Source of the DNA: Anaerolineales bacterium
GTDB lineage: Bacteria; Chloroflexota; Anaerolineae; Anaerolineales; UBA6663
Reading direction: 5' to 3'
Length of the DNA stretch: 64,000 nt
Assembly (NCBI GenBank): GCA_044224715.1
Contig: JBGAJV010000031.1
Span: forward strand, 44-64,043
Below are positions 1-9,102 of this stretch, in pieces; position 1 is the stretch's first letter; each line of letters opens with the position of its first letter. The position numbers and the translations under genes were made by a program. The notes beneath the pieces were generated by a model. The model made no database searches and was not told the origin of the DNA. It saw only the letters and a program-made list of their open reading frames with translations.

Positions 1-122
1 TGCGCGATTACGAACGCTTGCCGGCCACGCTCGCCGGCTTGCGTTTTGTCGTCTTTGCCATCGTCATGCTCAAGCGGATGGTTCTGGCGATGGCTCAAGT
101 CTTGTGAGTCCGTAACACGCTC
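1..122 (+). mobile_element. Right end of an IS5-family insertion sequence (transposase C-terminus plus terminal inverted repeat), truncated by the window edge
   Basis: The frame from nt 3 reads RDYERLPATLAGLRFVVFAIVML..*(TGA 105-107), matching the RDYER C-terminal signature of IS5-family DDE transposases. It is followed by GTCCGTAACACGCTC-TAG (reverse complement CTA-GAGCGTGTTACGGAC), a typical IS5-type end at a (C)TAG target. Confidence 0.8.
3..107 (+). CDS. IS5-family transposase, C-terminal fragment (partial)
   Basis: Manual translation RDYERLPATLAGLRFVVFAIVMLKRMVLAMAQVL*; too short to appear in the ORF track. Confidence 0.8.
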   Translation, partial: RDYERLPATLAGLRFVVFAIVMLKRMVLAMAQVL

Positions 123-1927
123 TAGGGCGCCGGAACCAACAACCACGTGACTTGAGCCCAGCCCAGCGGCGCGCCGGTGCCCGCGTAGAGCGGCGACAAC
201 CAGGCTGACCCCGCATTGCTGGTGGCGCTCACATACTCCTTCGGCGGGGTCTGAGCGTAGTACACCGGCAAAGTCGCCTGGCCGCTGATCCGCGGTGACT
301 GCGCGTTGACATAGGCGTTCCGATCATAGAGATGCACGTTGAAGTTTACGGGGTTCTCGCTTCGGTAGACGTTGCCATCGATGTAGTACGTGGTCGGCTG
401 GTCCCATTGGAAACTCAAGCGATAGGTGCACGGCGTTTGATACACGTCAAACGTGGCATAGCCCTGCCGAGGTCCGCCGGTGGAGTGACTTGTGTCGACG
501 CGGGTGTTCGGAAATGGGTCGATTTCTTGGACGGTGGACGACTCATTGATCGTGCTTGAACCGGCGATGGCGTTCGGCGTCGGCGGAAAACCATTTTGCC
601 AGCGCATGCCGAAAGCGACCTGCTCAAGTTTTGTGTCAAGCCGCGTGGTCATCGTGCCCTGGTTATCAATATGGATCGATAGCAGGCGCGTGATGCCGCC
701 GCTGATGAGCAGGCCCTCGGCTGTCCGCGCCCAACTGACCTGGAATGTGCCGTCCCAGGCAGGCACGGCCGTCACAGTCGTGCACGTGCACTGCGGCAAA
801 CCGGCCAGGTCAAACCCGGTCAAACCGATCATCTGGGCTTGATACGCCAGACGACTGAGGTCGGCCATCAGCTGCGGGTCATTGAAGTTCACGCAAGGCT
901 GTGTTTTTTGCGCCCAACACGAGCGCAACGCGATCTCCAGGGAGTTCCAGATCTCGTTATGCGCCGCCGCGAAGTCGCCGTCCAGGCCGTAGAGTTGGAC
1001 CTGCCGGTCAAAGCCAAAAGCCTTCGCAAGGCCGCCGTTCTCGGCCCAATCGCAGTTCGACCGATTCGCGAGCAATTCGGGTCGCAGCACCAAATTGTAA
1101 TAAGCGCGCAGCAACGCAATCAGGTTGGGCATCAAGGTCGGATCTGGATCAAGACCGAGCAGTTCGGCCTGTCGTTCGTTTTGGAGCAGGCGCTCGGCCT
1201 CCTGACGAAGCTGAGACTCAAGATCCGCGGGGACTGGGCTGGACGGGGTCACCGGGATCGAGATGCCATCACCTAGATAGGCAACGCCGCTGAAATGCAG
1301 CAGTTGGAAGGTCGGGGTCTGGATATGGCGCGCGAGCGGATACGCATAAAAGTCTTCGCCATCGCCGTGGAAAGCGACCGGCAGCTCGGCCGTCGCCGTG
1401 ATGGGCGTCGCGGTCTGGATGGTCAGTGTTACGGGTAGGGCGAATTCAAGCCCGTCAGGCTCAAGCTTGACGCCGGCTCCGGCGCTTCCGCCGAGCGGTT
1501 TGCCATCGATCGCCAGAAGCGGGATCAAGCTGATCTGCGTGGTCGTATAGAGGGCACCTGTCGGAATCGTCAGAGTGAAGCGCGAGTTGTCGCTGGCCGT
1601 GGCCGTAATCACGCCGCCCGTGACCGCAATCACCTCGGCGGTGCTGCGCGAGGCGTCCAGCGTCGCCGACCCAGACCCGACCAACTGGCTTCTGCGCTGG
1701 GCCATATCCAGACGAACGCCCAGGTTCAACGGACTTGACGTCTGTGAGCCGAACGGTTTTCCGATGTAAGGTAGAAAGACGCGCTGCGATCCGGCTTGAG
1801 CCTGGGCCGTGGGATGCGTCGCGCCCAACCCGGCATCCGCGACGATGAGGGGCACCAGCAGCAGCAACGCCAACCCGAAGCGCGTGCCGCTTCGGGAACA
1901 TCCAACAGAAGCGAGTCGTCGGGCCAT
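122..1927 (-). CDS. Large secreted hypothetical protein (signal peptide, ZU5-like beta region, helical middle, beta-rich C-terminus)
   Basis: ATG at 1927 with GGGGAGG RBS. Hydrophobic signal FGLALLLLVPLIVA, then RVFLPYIGK. The GGVITA..LTIPTGAL..LEPDGLEFALPVTLTI segment resembles ZU5-like domains. Several Cys residues. Confidence 0.75.
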   Translation of the reverse strand: MARRLASVGCSRSGTRFGLALLLLVPLIVADAGLGATHPTAQAQAGSQRVFLPYIGKPFGSQTSSPLNLGVRLDMAQRRSQLVGSGSATLDASRSTAEVIAVTGGVITATASDNSRFTLTIPTGALYTTTQISLIPLLAIDGKPLGGSAGAGVKLEPDGLEFALPVTLTIQTATPITATAELPVAFHGDGEDFYAYPLARHIQTPTFQLLHFSGVAYLGDGISIPVTPSSPVPADLESQLRQEAERLLQNERQAELLGLDPDPTLMPNLIALLRAYYNLVLRPELLANRSNCDWAENGGLAKAFGFDRQVQLYGLDGDFAAAHNEIWNSLEIALRSCWAQKTQPCVNFNDPQLMADLSRLAYQAQMIGLTGFDLAGLPQCTCTTVTAVPAWDGTFQVSWARTAEGLLISGGITRLLSIHIDNQGTMTTRLDTKLEQVAFGMRWQNGFPPTPNAIAGSSTINESSTVQEIDPFPNTRVDTSHSTGGPRQGYATFDVYQTPCTYRLSFQWDQPTTYYIDGNVYRSENPVNFNVHLYDRNAYVNAQSPRISGQATLPVYYAQTPPKEYVSATSNAGSAWLSPLYAGTGAPLGWAQVTWLLVPAP

Positions 1928-2092
1928 GACTGCCTCCCCGGTGGGCGATGAAATGGGATCGATGCAATTGGTGACGCAGCAAAGCAAGTATAGTCTAAAT
2001 CAGACTGAGACAATCCACTTAGAGTCCGGAATGTGCACGGGCACGTTGCTGCTGTTGGAGAATCCGGGCTGTTTCCACCCCAGCGGGACTGA

Positions 2093-2134
2093 CCACGGAT
2101 GAGATAACGGATCCGCGGATGAAACGGATGGATG
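2093..2134. repeat. Short degenerate CGGAT tandem repeats
   Basis: ccacggatgagataacggatccgcggatgaaacggatggatg; the same family appears in reverse orientation at 12437-12454 and 59506-59542. Confidence 0.5.
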
Positions 2135-2579
2135 CCTGCCCGCCTGCAACCCCCGCGTACTTGGCGCGATCGAAAGGCGGCCACGATGGCCGTATCGCGA
2201 TCGGCATTGCCGGGCGTGCGGATTCTGTCAGGAGTTTTTCGGCCTCATCCGGCGAACCGCTGCACGATCTGTTGTGGGCCGCTCCCGGCCGCCCGAGTTT
2301 GCCATCGGCACCGCACGTCGTAAAGCGATTTGGCTGACCGCAGGTTTCGCGGATGTGCCGGATCACTCCGATACCGGTCGGCGGGCGTCGACAGGGCCTT
2401 CCAAGCAAACTTTCGGCGGGTTCAGCGCAATCCACGCGAAGGCCCATGACGTCTCGTGCCTGCCCGCTTTCGCGCAATTCGCGGCCAAGCTAGTGACCCC
2501 GCGAATAGGCCTCAACTGCCCTGCGCCGACGAGCCAAACGACTCGGCCTGTTTTGGCTGAGTGGTAGACTGGCAACCCG

Positions 2580-3344
2580 ATGCCCAACGACGAGCTACTT
2601 GCCTTTCTTTTCGATGAGACGCCGCACCCCCTTGTGGCGCCCATGGCGACTTGGGTCGCGTCTTCGCGCAGATTTGCGACCTTCGTGGCGGAGAACCGGA
2701 CCAAAATCCGACGCAAGCTCCACTCGAGGCTTGATCTCCAGAGCTTGCTGGATCTGCGGTTGGAATTGGAGACGGCGTATCTGCTGTTGAGTGAGCGTGG
2801 GTTTAACCTCACTTATGAACCTTCTCCAGCCGGCCAGACGCGCGGACCCGATTTTGCGGTCACACACGCGAGCAGTATCGTCTTCATGGTCGAAGTGACC
2901 CGATTGCAGAGCCGTGGCCCGCGGCAGCGAGACACTGGCGGCGGTCAGGATCGAGACGAGGCACTGGGGGAAGGCGCGTCGGCGTCTCACCCCGAGGATC
3001 GATTGGCGGATGCCGTCCTTGGCAAGTTGAGCCAGATGCAAACCGGCTACAGCAATATCCTGTTGATCGGCTATGAAGGGCCGGTCCTGACCGGCCAAAC
3101 GGTTCGCGATTGCATAGCGAGCCTGCAACGGCGGGCAGAACGAAACGACGCCCGAGTGAATAAGAAGTTCGGGACTCGCCTTGAGTTCTTTCGCTCATTC
3201 CAACGATTGAGCGAATTAGTCGTGCGACTCGGCGAGCACGGCCGCCATGCGGAATCCGTGTGTTGGCTCAATCCGCAAGCCAGGATGCCGCTCTCGAGCA
3301 GATTACACTCGCTGTTCCATCGTAGCTTGCGCTTCGAACCCTAG
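2580..3344 (+). CDS. Hypothetical protein with PD-(D/E)XK nuclease-like motif
   Basis: 254-aa ORF with E(LETA)..YEP..RGPDFAV..FMVEVT pattern. A TGGTAGACT -10-like element lies 9 nt before the ATG. Confidence 0.65.
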   Translation: MPNDELLAFLFDETPHPLVAPMATWVASSRRFATFVAENRTKIRRKLHSRLDLQSLLDLRLELETAYLLLSERGFNLTYEPSPAGQTRGPDFAVTHASSIVFMVEVTRLQSRGPRQRDTGGGQDRDEALGEGASASHPEDRLADAVLGKLSQMQTGYSNILLIGYEGPVLTGQTVRDCIASLQRRAERNDARVNKKFGTRLEFFRSFQRLSELVVRLGEHGRHAESVCWLNPQARMPLSSRLHSLFHRSLRFEP

Positions 3345-3418
3345 GCGGTACATCCCCAGGCCGGCGTGGCAAGCCGATGAAAATCAGCGGACACTTCAAC
3401 TATACGCGCCACGCGCTC

Positions 3419-4192
3419 TCAGGGCTTTGGGGTCTTGGTCGGTTCCTGGGTGCCGCCGCCTGAACCACCGGAGCCGCCCGAGCCCCCGGATCCACCACCC
3501 GAACCACCGGAACCACCCGAGCCACCGGACGGTGTCTTTGTCGGTTCGGGCGTGCGGGTCGGTTCGGTGGTTCGCGTCGGTTCCGGCGTGCGGGTGGGCT
3601 CGATCGTGCGCGTGGGTTCGGGCGTGCGGGTCGGCTCGACGGTGCGCGTGGCCTCGATCGCCCGCGTCGGTTCGATCGTGCGCGTCGGCTCCGTGGTGCG
3701 CGTCGGCCCGGCTGTGTGGGTCGCCGAGGGGCCCGTGCCACCGCCGGGTCCCGAGTTCCCCGTGGTATTGGTCGGCTCCGGCGTGTTCGACGCGTCGGGC
3801 CCGTGCCCGCCATCGCCGGCGGTGGCCGTCACCGTGTCGTCGCCGCCGCGGACCTCGGACTCGGTGGCCCGCGGCCCGGTTGTCGCTGCGGCCTCGCCCT
3901 CGCTGCCGGCAGTCGCGTTGTCGTCGGTGGCGATCGCCGCGCCGGGGGCTGGCTGGGGTGTCGCGCTCAGTTGGATCTCGATGGCCGCTCGTTCACCCGG
4001 GTCCGATGCCAGACTGAGCTGCAGCTCGAGCGCCTGCTCGCGCACCGGGAAAAGGAAGTCACCGGGCTGGCTGCCCGCGGCCGCGTCGAGTGTGACGGAG
4101 ACCAGTGCCCACAGACTGGCGGCCGTGACGAGCAAGGCCGGCACCGCCAGCATCAACCAGCGCAATTCGAATCGAAGTTGCGATGTCTTCAT
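3419..4192 (-). CDS. Membrane-anchored DUF5667-like protein with EPTRT hexapeptide repeats and a GGS linker
   Basis: AGGAGGAGAG RBS; N-terminal TM helix; QPGDFLFPVREQALELQLSLASDPGERA resembles DUF5667; 10 x (E/G)PTRTx and (GGS)n. Confidence 0.75.
   Translation of the reverse strand: MKTSQLRFELRWLMLAVPALLVTAASLWALVSVTLDAAAGSQPGDFLFPVREQALELQLSLASDPGERAAIEIQLSATPQPAPGAAIATDDNATAGSEGEAAATTGPRATESEVRGGDDTVTATAGDGGHGPDASNTPEPTNTTGNSGPGGGTGPSATHTAGPTRTTEPTRTIEPTRAIEATRTVEPTRTPEPTRTIEPTRTPEPTRTTEPTRTPEPTKTPSGGSGGSGGSGGGSGGSGGSGGSGGGTQEPTKTPKP
3452..3709 (-). repeat. Coding tandem repeats: about 10 x 18 bp (EPTRTx) and a 9-bp GGS tract
   Basis: Visible directly in the DNA and its translation. Confidence 0.9.
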
Positions 4193-4201
4193 ACTCTCCT
4201 C

Positions 4202-5038
4202 CTAGTGCGGCAGCTGATCCAGCTGTTTGGCCGCCTGAGTGCCCCAGGTGCCGCCCGGGTCGAGCGCGATCACCTCGCGCAGTTGTTCGACGGCGGCCTC
4301 CGTGCGACCGAGACCGATGTACGCCACGCCCAGGCTGTAGCGGCTCGGCGCGTGGTCGGGCCGGAGCGCGACGGCCTGTTCGAGATGCGCGACCGCGTTC
4401 GACCAGTCTCCGAGGTTGGCGTACGCCACGCCGAGGTTGAGCCGCGCCGTGGCCAGGTCCGGGTCGAGCTCGACGGCCTTGCGATAGGCGGCCAGAGCCT
4501 CGTCCGATTTTCCCTGATCCTGCAAGACGTTGCCGAGGCCGACGTAAGCCGGTGCAAAGGTCGGATCCGCGCGGACGGCGGCCTGGTAGGCGGTGAGGGC
4601 TCGATTGGTGTCTCGCATGGCATCATAGGCGGCGCCCAGGTTGTACAGGGCTTCCGTCAATTGGGGGTCGCGGTCGAGCGCCGTCTGGAATTCGACGGCG
4701 GCTTCGGCCGGTCGCCCCTGTTTGGCAAGGATCAGACCCAGCGTATTGCGCCAATTGGCCTGGTCGGGCGATTGGTCCAACGCCGCCCGCACGAGTTGTT
4801 CGGCGCTGTCGAGCGCCCCGGCATCGAGCGCCTGAAGCCCGGCCACATAGAGATGACCGGGATCGGCGGTCGGCGTGCGCTGACCCGGCGCGGTCTGCGT
4901 CAGGACCAGCGGCGTGCCCGCGACGATCTGATCGGGCGGCACAAGCGCCAGCTCGATGAAGGCCAGCACGGTCAACGCCAGCGGCATCGCGGCCAGCCCG
5001 ACGATCCCCAACCGCAGGTTCCAGCTCGGGGGCCACAT
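4202..5038 (-). CDS. Membrane-anchored TPR protein
   Basis: N-terminal TM helix followed by about 6 TPRs (ALYNLGAAY, AYVGLGNVL, ARLNLGVAY, SRYSLGVAY). Confidence 0.9.
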   Translation of the reverse strand: MWPPSWNLRLGIVGLAAMPLALTVLAFIELALVPPDQIVAGTPLVLTQTAPGQRTPTADPGHLYVAGLQALDAGALDSAEQLVRAALDQSPDQANWRNTLGLILAKQGRPAEAAVEFQTALDRDPQLTEALYNLGAAYDAMRDTNRALTAYQAAVRADPTFAPAYVGLGNVLQDQGKSDEALAAYRKAVELDPDLATARLNLGVAYANLGDWSNAVAHLEQAVALRPDHAPSRYSLGVAYIGLGRTEAAVEQLREVIALDPGGTWGTQAAKQLDQLPH

Positions 5039-5041
5039 GGC

Positions 5042-6919
5042 TCACACCTTCTCCGACGCATACGCGCCGGCGCCGTTCAGCGCCAAGCCGTCGCCGAGCT
5101 GAAGCTGCGCGAGCCGGGCGAAGGCGCCGCCGCGCGCGAGCAGGTCGTCGTAGGTGCCCTCTTCGAGCACGCGGCCATTTTCGAGCACGATGATCCGATC
5201 GACGTCGCGGATGGTCGACAGACGATGGGCGATGACGACGGCCGTGCGACCCTGCCGTAGGCGCTGCAGCGCGCCCATCACCAGATCCTCCGAAGCCGCG
5301 TCGAGCGCCGACGTGGGCTCGTCCAGGATCAGCACCGGGGCGTTGCGCAGGATCGCGCGCGCGATGGCGATACGTTGGCGCTGGCCGCCCGACAAGGTGG
5401 CGCCGCGTTCGCCCACGACCGTGTGGTAGCCCTGCGGCAGCCGGAGGATGAACTCCTCGGCGTTGGCCGCGCGCGCGGCCGCGATCACGTCGGTTTCGGT
5501 CGCCTCAGGCCGACCGTAGGCGATGTTGTCGTAAATGCTGGCCGCAAACAGCAGCGCTTCCTGCGGGACATAGGCGAATTGGGCGCGCAAATCGTCGAGG
5601 TCGACGTCGCGCAAGTCGAGGCCGTCGATCAGGATGCGACCCGAGGTCACGTCGTAGAGCCGCAGCAGCAGGCTCGAGATCGTCGACTTGCCGGCGCCGG
5701 TTGCGCCCACGAGGGCCACGGACTGGCCGGGCCGCACGCGGAACGAGATGTTGTCGAGCACGGGATTTTCGGGCGCCGACCCATAGGCGAAGTCGACGTT
5801 CTCGAAGCGCAGCTCGCCGCGCACCGCCCGCAGCGGCAGAGCGTCGGGTCGCGACACGATGCGCACGTCGGCGTCGAGCAGTTCGCTGAGCCGATCGCCC
5901 GAGGCCGCGGCCTTCTGCAGATCGCCGGCCAGCGAGCCGAACTTCTTGAGCGGCTTGTAGATCGAGCCCAGATACGCCAGGAACAGGATCAACTCGCCGA
6001 CGCTCAGTTGGCCGATCAACACCTGCGAGACGCCGTACCAGATCACGGCCGCCGTGCTGGCCGCCTCGATGAAGTCGACGACCGGGCTGAACGAGGCTTC
6101 CCAACGCGCGGTGCGTACGCCCGCGCGGACTCGGTCCTGACTGTGAGCGTCATAGCGCTCGCGCTGGAAGTCTTCGCGCCCGAAGGCCTTGACGATCCGG
6201 ATCGCGCCGATGGTCTCGAGCGCGTGGTTGTTCATCAACCCTTCCTGGGTGCGCGCTTCCTTCGAAATCGCGCGGATGGTGCGGCGGAAGCCGACGAACA
6301 GGAAGAGCAGCAGCGGCGCATACGCCAGCACGATGACCGAGAAGCGCCAGTTGATCAGCAGCATCACGGCGGCAAAGTTCGCGAACTTGACCGCGTTGAC
6401 CAGCACCTCGCCCAGATTGCTGATCAGGGCGGTCATCACTTTGCCGGTGTCGTCGGTCATGCGCTTGACCAGATCGCCCATCCGCCCCTGGTCGTAGAAC
6501 TCGAGCGGCAGCCGCTGGACATGGCTGAACACGTCCGACCTCAATTGGAACGTCGTCTTCTCCTGGATGACGCTGTTCAGATACTCGAAGCCGAAGGCCG
6601 CCACGCCCTGCAGGACGGTCACGGCCAGCAGGGCGGCGCCGAGCACGGCCGTCAACACCCGCGGATCCTCGCCGACATAGCGATGCAGGAACGCGACCGC
6701 CTCCGTCTCGAAGCCCGACTTCGCGGTGTGAGCGCCGATGACGTGGTCGATGATGAACTTGACCGGCCAGGGCGCCAGCGTGTCGAGCGCGGCCACCAGC
6801 AGGATGAGCAGCACGGACGCCGTCAATAGAAGGCCGTGCGGCTTGAGATACGCGAGAAAGCGAGCGTCGATGCCGAGCATCGGGATCGCGCGCGCCGCGG
6901 GTCGAGGGGGCTTGGCCAT
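5042..6919 (-). CDS. ABC exporter, fused permease/ATPase (MsbA/MdlB-like)
   Basis: TM domain, Walker A GATGAGKS, signature LSGGQ, Walker B ILDE, H-loop IAHRL. Confidence 0.95.
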   Translation of the reverse strand: MAKPPRPAARAIPMLGIDARFLAYLKPHGLLLTASVLLILLVAALDTLAPWPVKFIIDHVIGAHTAKSGFETEAVAFLHRYVGEDPRVLTAVLGAALLAVTVLQGVAAFGFEYLNSVIQEKTTFQLRSDVFSHVQRLPLEFYDQGRMGDLVKRMTDDTGKVMTALISNLGEVLVNAVKFANFAAVMLLINWRFSVIVLAYAPLLLFLFVGFRRTIRAISKEARTQEGLMNNHALETIGAIRIVKAFGREDFQRERYDAHSQDRVRAGVRTARWEASFSPVVDFIEAASTAAVIWYGVSQVLIGQLSVGELILFLAYLGSIYKPLKKFGSLAGDLQKAAASGDRLSELLDADVRIVSRPDALPLRAVRGELRFENVDFAYGSAPENPVLDNISFRVRPGQSVALVGATGAGKSTISSLLLRLYDVTSGRILIDGLDLRDVDLDDLRAQFAYVPQEALLFAASIYDNIAYGRPEATETDVIAAARAANAEEFILRLPQGYHTVVGERGATLSGGQRQRIAIARAILRNAPVLILDEPTSALDAASEDLVMGALQRLRQGRTAVVIAHRLSTIRDVDRIIVLENGRVLEEGTYDDLLARGGAFARLAQLQLGDGLALNGAGAYASEKV

Positions 6920-6927
6920 GGCGTGCC

Positions 6928-9102
6928 TCAGGCTGGGAGCAGCGCCTGAAGGGTCAGGCGATGCAGGGTCTCGAGCAACGGCGCGAGGGCCGGCCGCCCG
7001 ACCACCACGTTCATCAGACGGAAGTACGTGGCGGCGATGTAGAAGTCGACGCGCGCGCGGAAGTCACCGTCCGGCACGCCCCGTTGTCGATAAGCGTCGT
7101 AGAACCGCTCGGCGAGCGGCCCGAGCAGTTCGGCGTCGCCGCGATGATCAAGCCCCAAAAAGACCAGGTGGGCCATGAAATTGGCGACGTCGATCGCCGG
7201 GTCGCCCAGGCTGATCAGATCGAAATCGATCAGAGCCAGGTCGTCGCCGTCGATCAGCACCTGGCTGTAGTAGAAGTCGCGGTGGACGGGGCGCAGTGCT
7301 TCGGGCGCGGGAAGTTGCCCGGCCCAACCGCGCAGGGCACCGAGCAGGTCCGCGACGTCGGCGGCCAGGGCGGGCCGGGCCGTCACGAGATCCGCGCCGT
7401 ATTCGGCCAGATGGTCAACCTCGTCGGCGAGCGTGTAGGTGCCCAGCGGTGTCCAATCGACGCGCCAGGTCACCGCATGCAACCGGGCAGCGGCCTCGGC
7501 GGCGCGATCCACGGAGGGGCCCAGGGCTTCGCCGGCGGCAAAGCGCTCGTTGAGCGTGCGGCCCGGCGCCTGTTCCTGGAGGAAGACGCGCAGCTCGGGC
7601 ACAACCGCGATCGGCTCGGCCACGCGGATCCGATCCGCCGCGGTTGGACCGAAACCGGCATCCCACAGGTGACCCTGGATCGCGGCCAGCCGACCGGCGC
7701 GCTCGTCGCGAAAGACCTTGCCGATCAGGCGCGGCCAGGACGCGCCACTCAGGTGGTAGCGCAGCACAGCGCGACGACGCGGCTTGTACTTGAGGACGTC
7801 GATGCCCGTTACCGCAAATGCGTCGGTCGCGCGCGCGCCGAGGGCGGCTGCCAGCAGCGGCGCCGCCAGATCGGCTCGCGTCGCCTTGAAGAGACGCTGG
7901 CGCAACCGGACGTCGACGATCGGCGTGCGTCGGCCCGGCTTCACACTGGCCGGGGCGGCCGCCGGACGAACCCACCCGCACACGCGCGCGGCATTCGCAT
8001 CCCAGGTATAGCGGTCGAGCACGTGCGCGGCGCCGCGCCAGGCCATGGCCAGAGCCGCATCGGGTTCCGCAAATACGCGCGCGATCCGTCCGGCGAGGGC
8101 CGCCGCGTCGCCGGCTGGGTACAGCCACCCGCCGTCGGAGTCTTTCAACACCTGCGCCTGCTGGCCCACGTCGGCCGCGATGGTCGGGACCGCGCAGGCC
8201 AGGTATTCGTACAGCTTGAGCGGCGAGAAGTAGAAATCGTCTCGGGCGTGATGGCTCGAGACCGCGACGTGCATGGCGGCGATGTGCGCCGGAACCAGAT
8301 CGTGCGCGACGGCGCCGGTCAGACGGAGCCAGGCCGGTCGCGTCTCGGCCAGGGCGCGGACGTCGTCGGGCATCTCGCCGACGAGGAGCAGCAGATAGGC
8401 CGGGTCTTGCGCATGCAGGCGCTCGACCGCTGCCAGCAGCGTGCCCAGGTCATGCCAGGGCCGTGGGCGTCCGACGAACCCGACGACGCGGCGCCCTTGA
8501 AGGCCGAGTTGCTCGCGGACGCGGTTCCCGGACAACGCGGGGTGAAACGCCGCCGGATCGACGCCGTTTGGCACGACTTCGACGCGAGCCGGATCGGCGC
8601 CGAGTCCGACCACGTACGCGCGCAACGCATCCGAGACGACGGCGATGCGCGTCGCGCTCGCGAACTGGCGACGCGCGACGACTGCGGCGTTCTCGACGTC
8701 GGCCAGACCGCGGTGTTCGTGGGCCTCGTCGATGAGCGGCGCGTTGACCTCGAGCACCAGCGGGAGACCGGTCCGCTCGGCGACGCGCACGCCGGCATCG
8801 CTGAGGAGCGCGTAGCGTTCGTAGACGAGGTCGAAGTCCCCGGAGGCCAGCACGGCCTCTGCCTGGGCGATCACGCGCGACGTCGCGGAGACTTCGCGCC
8901 CGGAGCCGTCGTCTGGTCCCGACGCGTCGATCACGCGCGCGGCCGGTTGGGGGCCATCGTCGGGCCCAAGCCGGGCCGCGACCAGCGTGACCGCGTGCCC
9001 GGCGCGCGCGAAGGCCGCGCACATCGCGCGGACGTGGACGGCCGCGCCCTTGTGGCCGCGCACCGGGATGCCCGGGTCCGCGCACAGATACAGGATGTTC
9101 AT
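6928..9102 (-). CDS. GT4 glycosyltransferase fused to an APH/choline-kinase-like phosphotransferase
   Basis: N-terminal GT4 (GHKGAAVHV, VVPNGVD, FSPLKLYEY); C-terminal kinase (KYKPRRRAVLRY, IGK, HRDFYYSQV, IDFD). Confidence 0.9.
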   Translation of the reverse strand: MNILYLCADPGIPVRGHKGAAVHVRAMCAAFARAGHAVTLVAARLGPDDGPQPAARVIDASGPDDGSGREVSATSRVIAQAEAVLASGDFDLVYERYALLSDAGVRVAERTGLPLVLEVNAPLIDEAHEHRGLADVENAAVVARRQFASATRIAVVSDALRAYVVGLGADPARVEVVPNGVDPAAFHPALSGNRVREQLGLQGRRVVGFVGRPRPWHDLGTLLAAVERLHAQDPAYLLLLVGEMPDDVRALAETRPAWLRLTGAVAHDLVPAHIAAMHVAVSSHHARDDFYFSPLKLYEYLACAVPTIAADVGQQAQVLKDSDGGWLYPAGDAAALAGRIARVFAEPDAALAMAWRGAAHVLDRYTWDANAARVCGWVRPAAAPASVKPGRRTPIVDVRLRQRLFKATRADLAAPLLAAALGARATDAFAVTGIDVLKYKPRRRAVLRYHLSGASWPRLIGKVFRDERAGRLAAIQGHLWDAGFGPTAADRIRVAEPIAVVPELRVFLQEQAPGRTLNERFAAGEALGPSVDRAAEAAARLHAVTWRVDWTPLGTYTLADEVDHLAEYGADLVTARPALAADVADLLGALRGWAGQLPAPEALRPVHRDFYYSQVLIDGDDLALIDFDLISLGDPAIDVANFMAHLVFLGLDHRGDAELLGPLAERFYDAYRQRGVPDGDFRARVDFYIAATYFRLMNVVVGRPALAPLLETLHRLTLQALLPA

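Noticed and set aside
2000-2570. Short ORFs or a pseudogene between the secreted gene and the nuclease-like gene
   Set aside because: No recognisable protein motif or consistent codon bias in any frame.
3530-3709. 18-bp periodic repeats as a possible CRISPR array
   Set aside because: Contiguous in-frame coding repeats with synonymous variation, no spacers and no cas genes.
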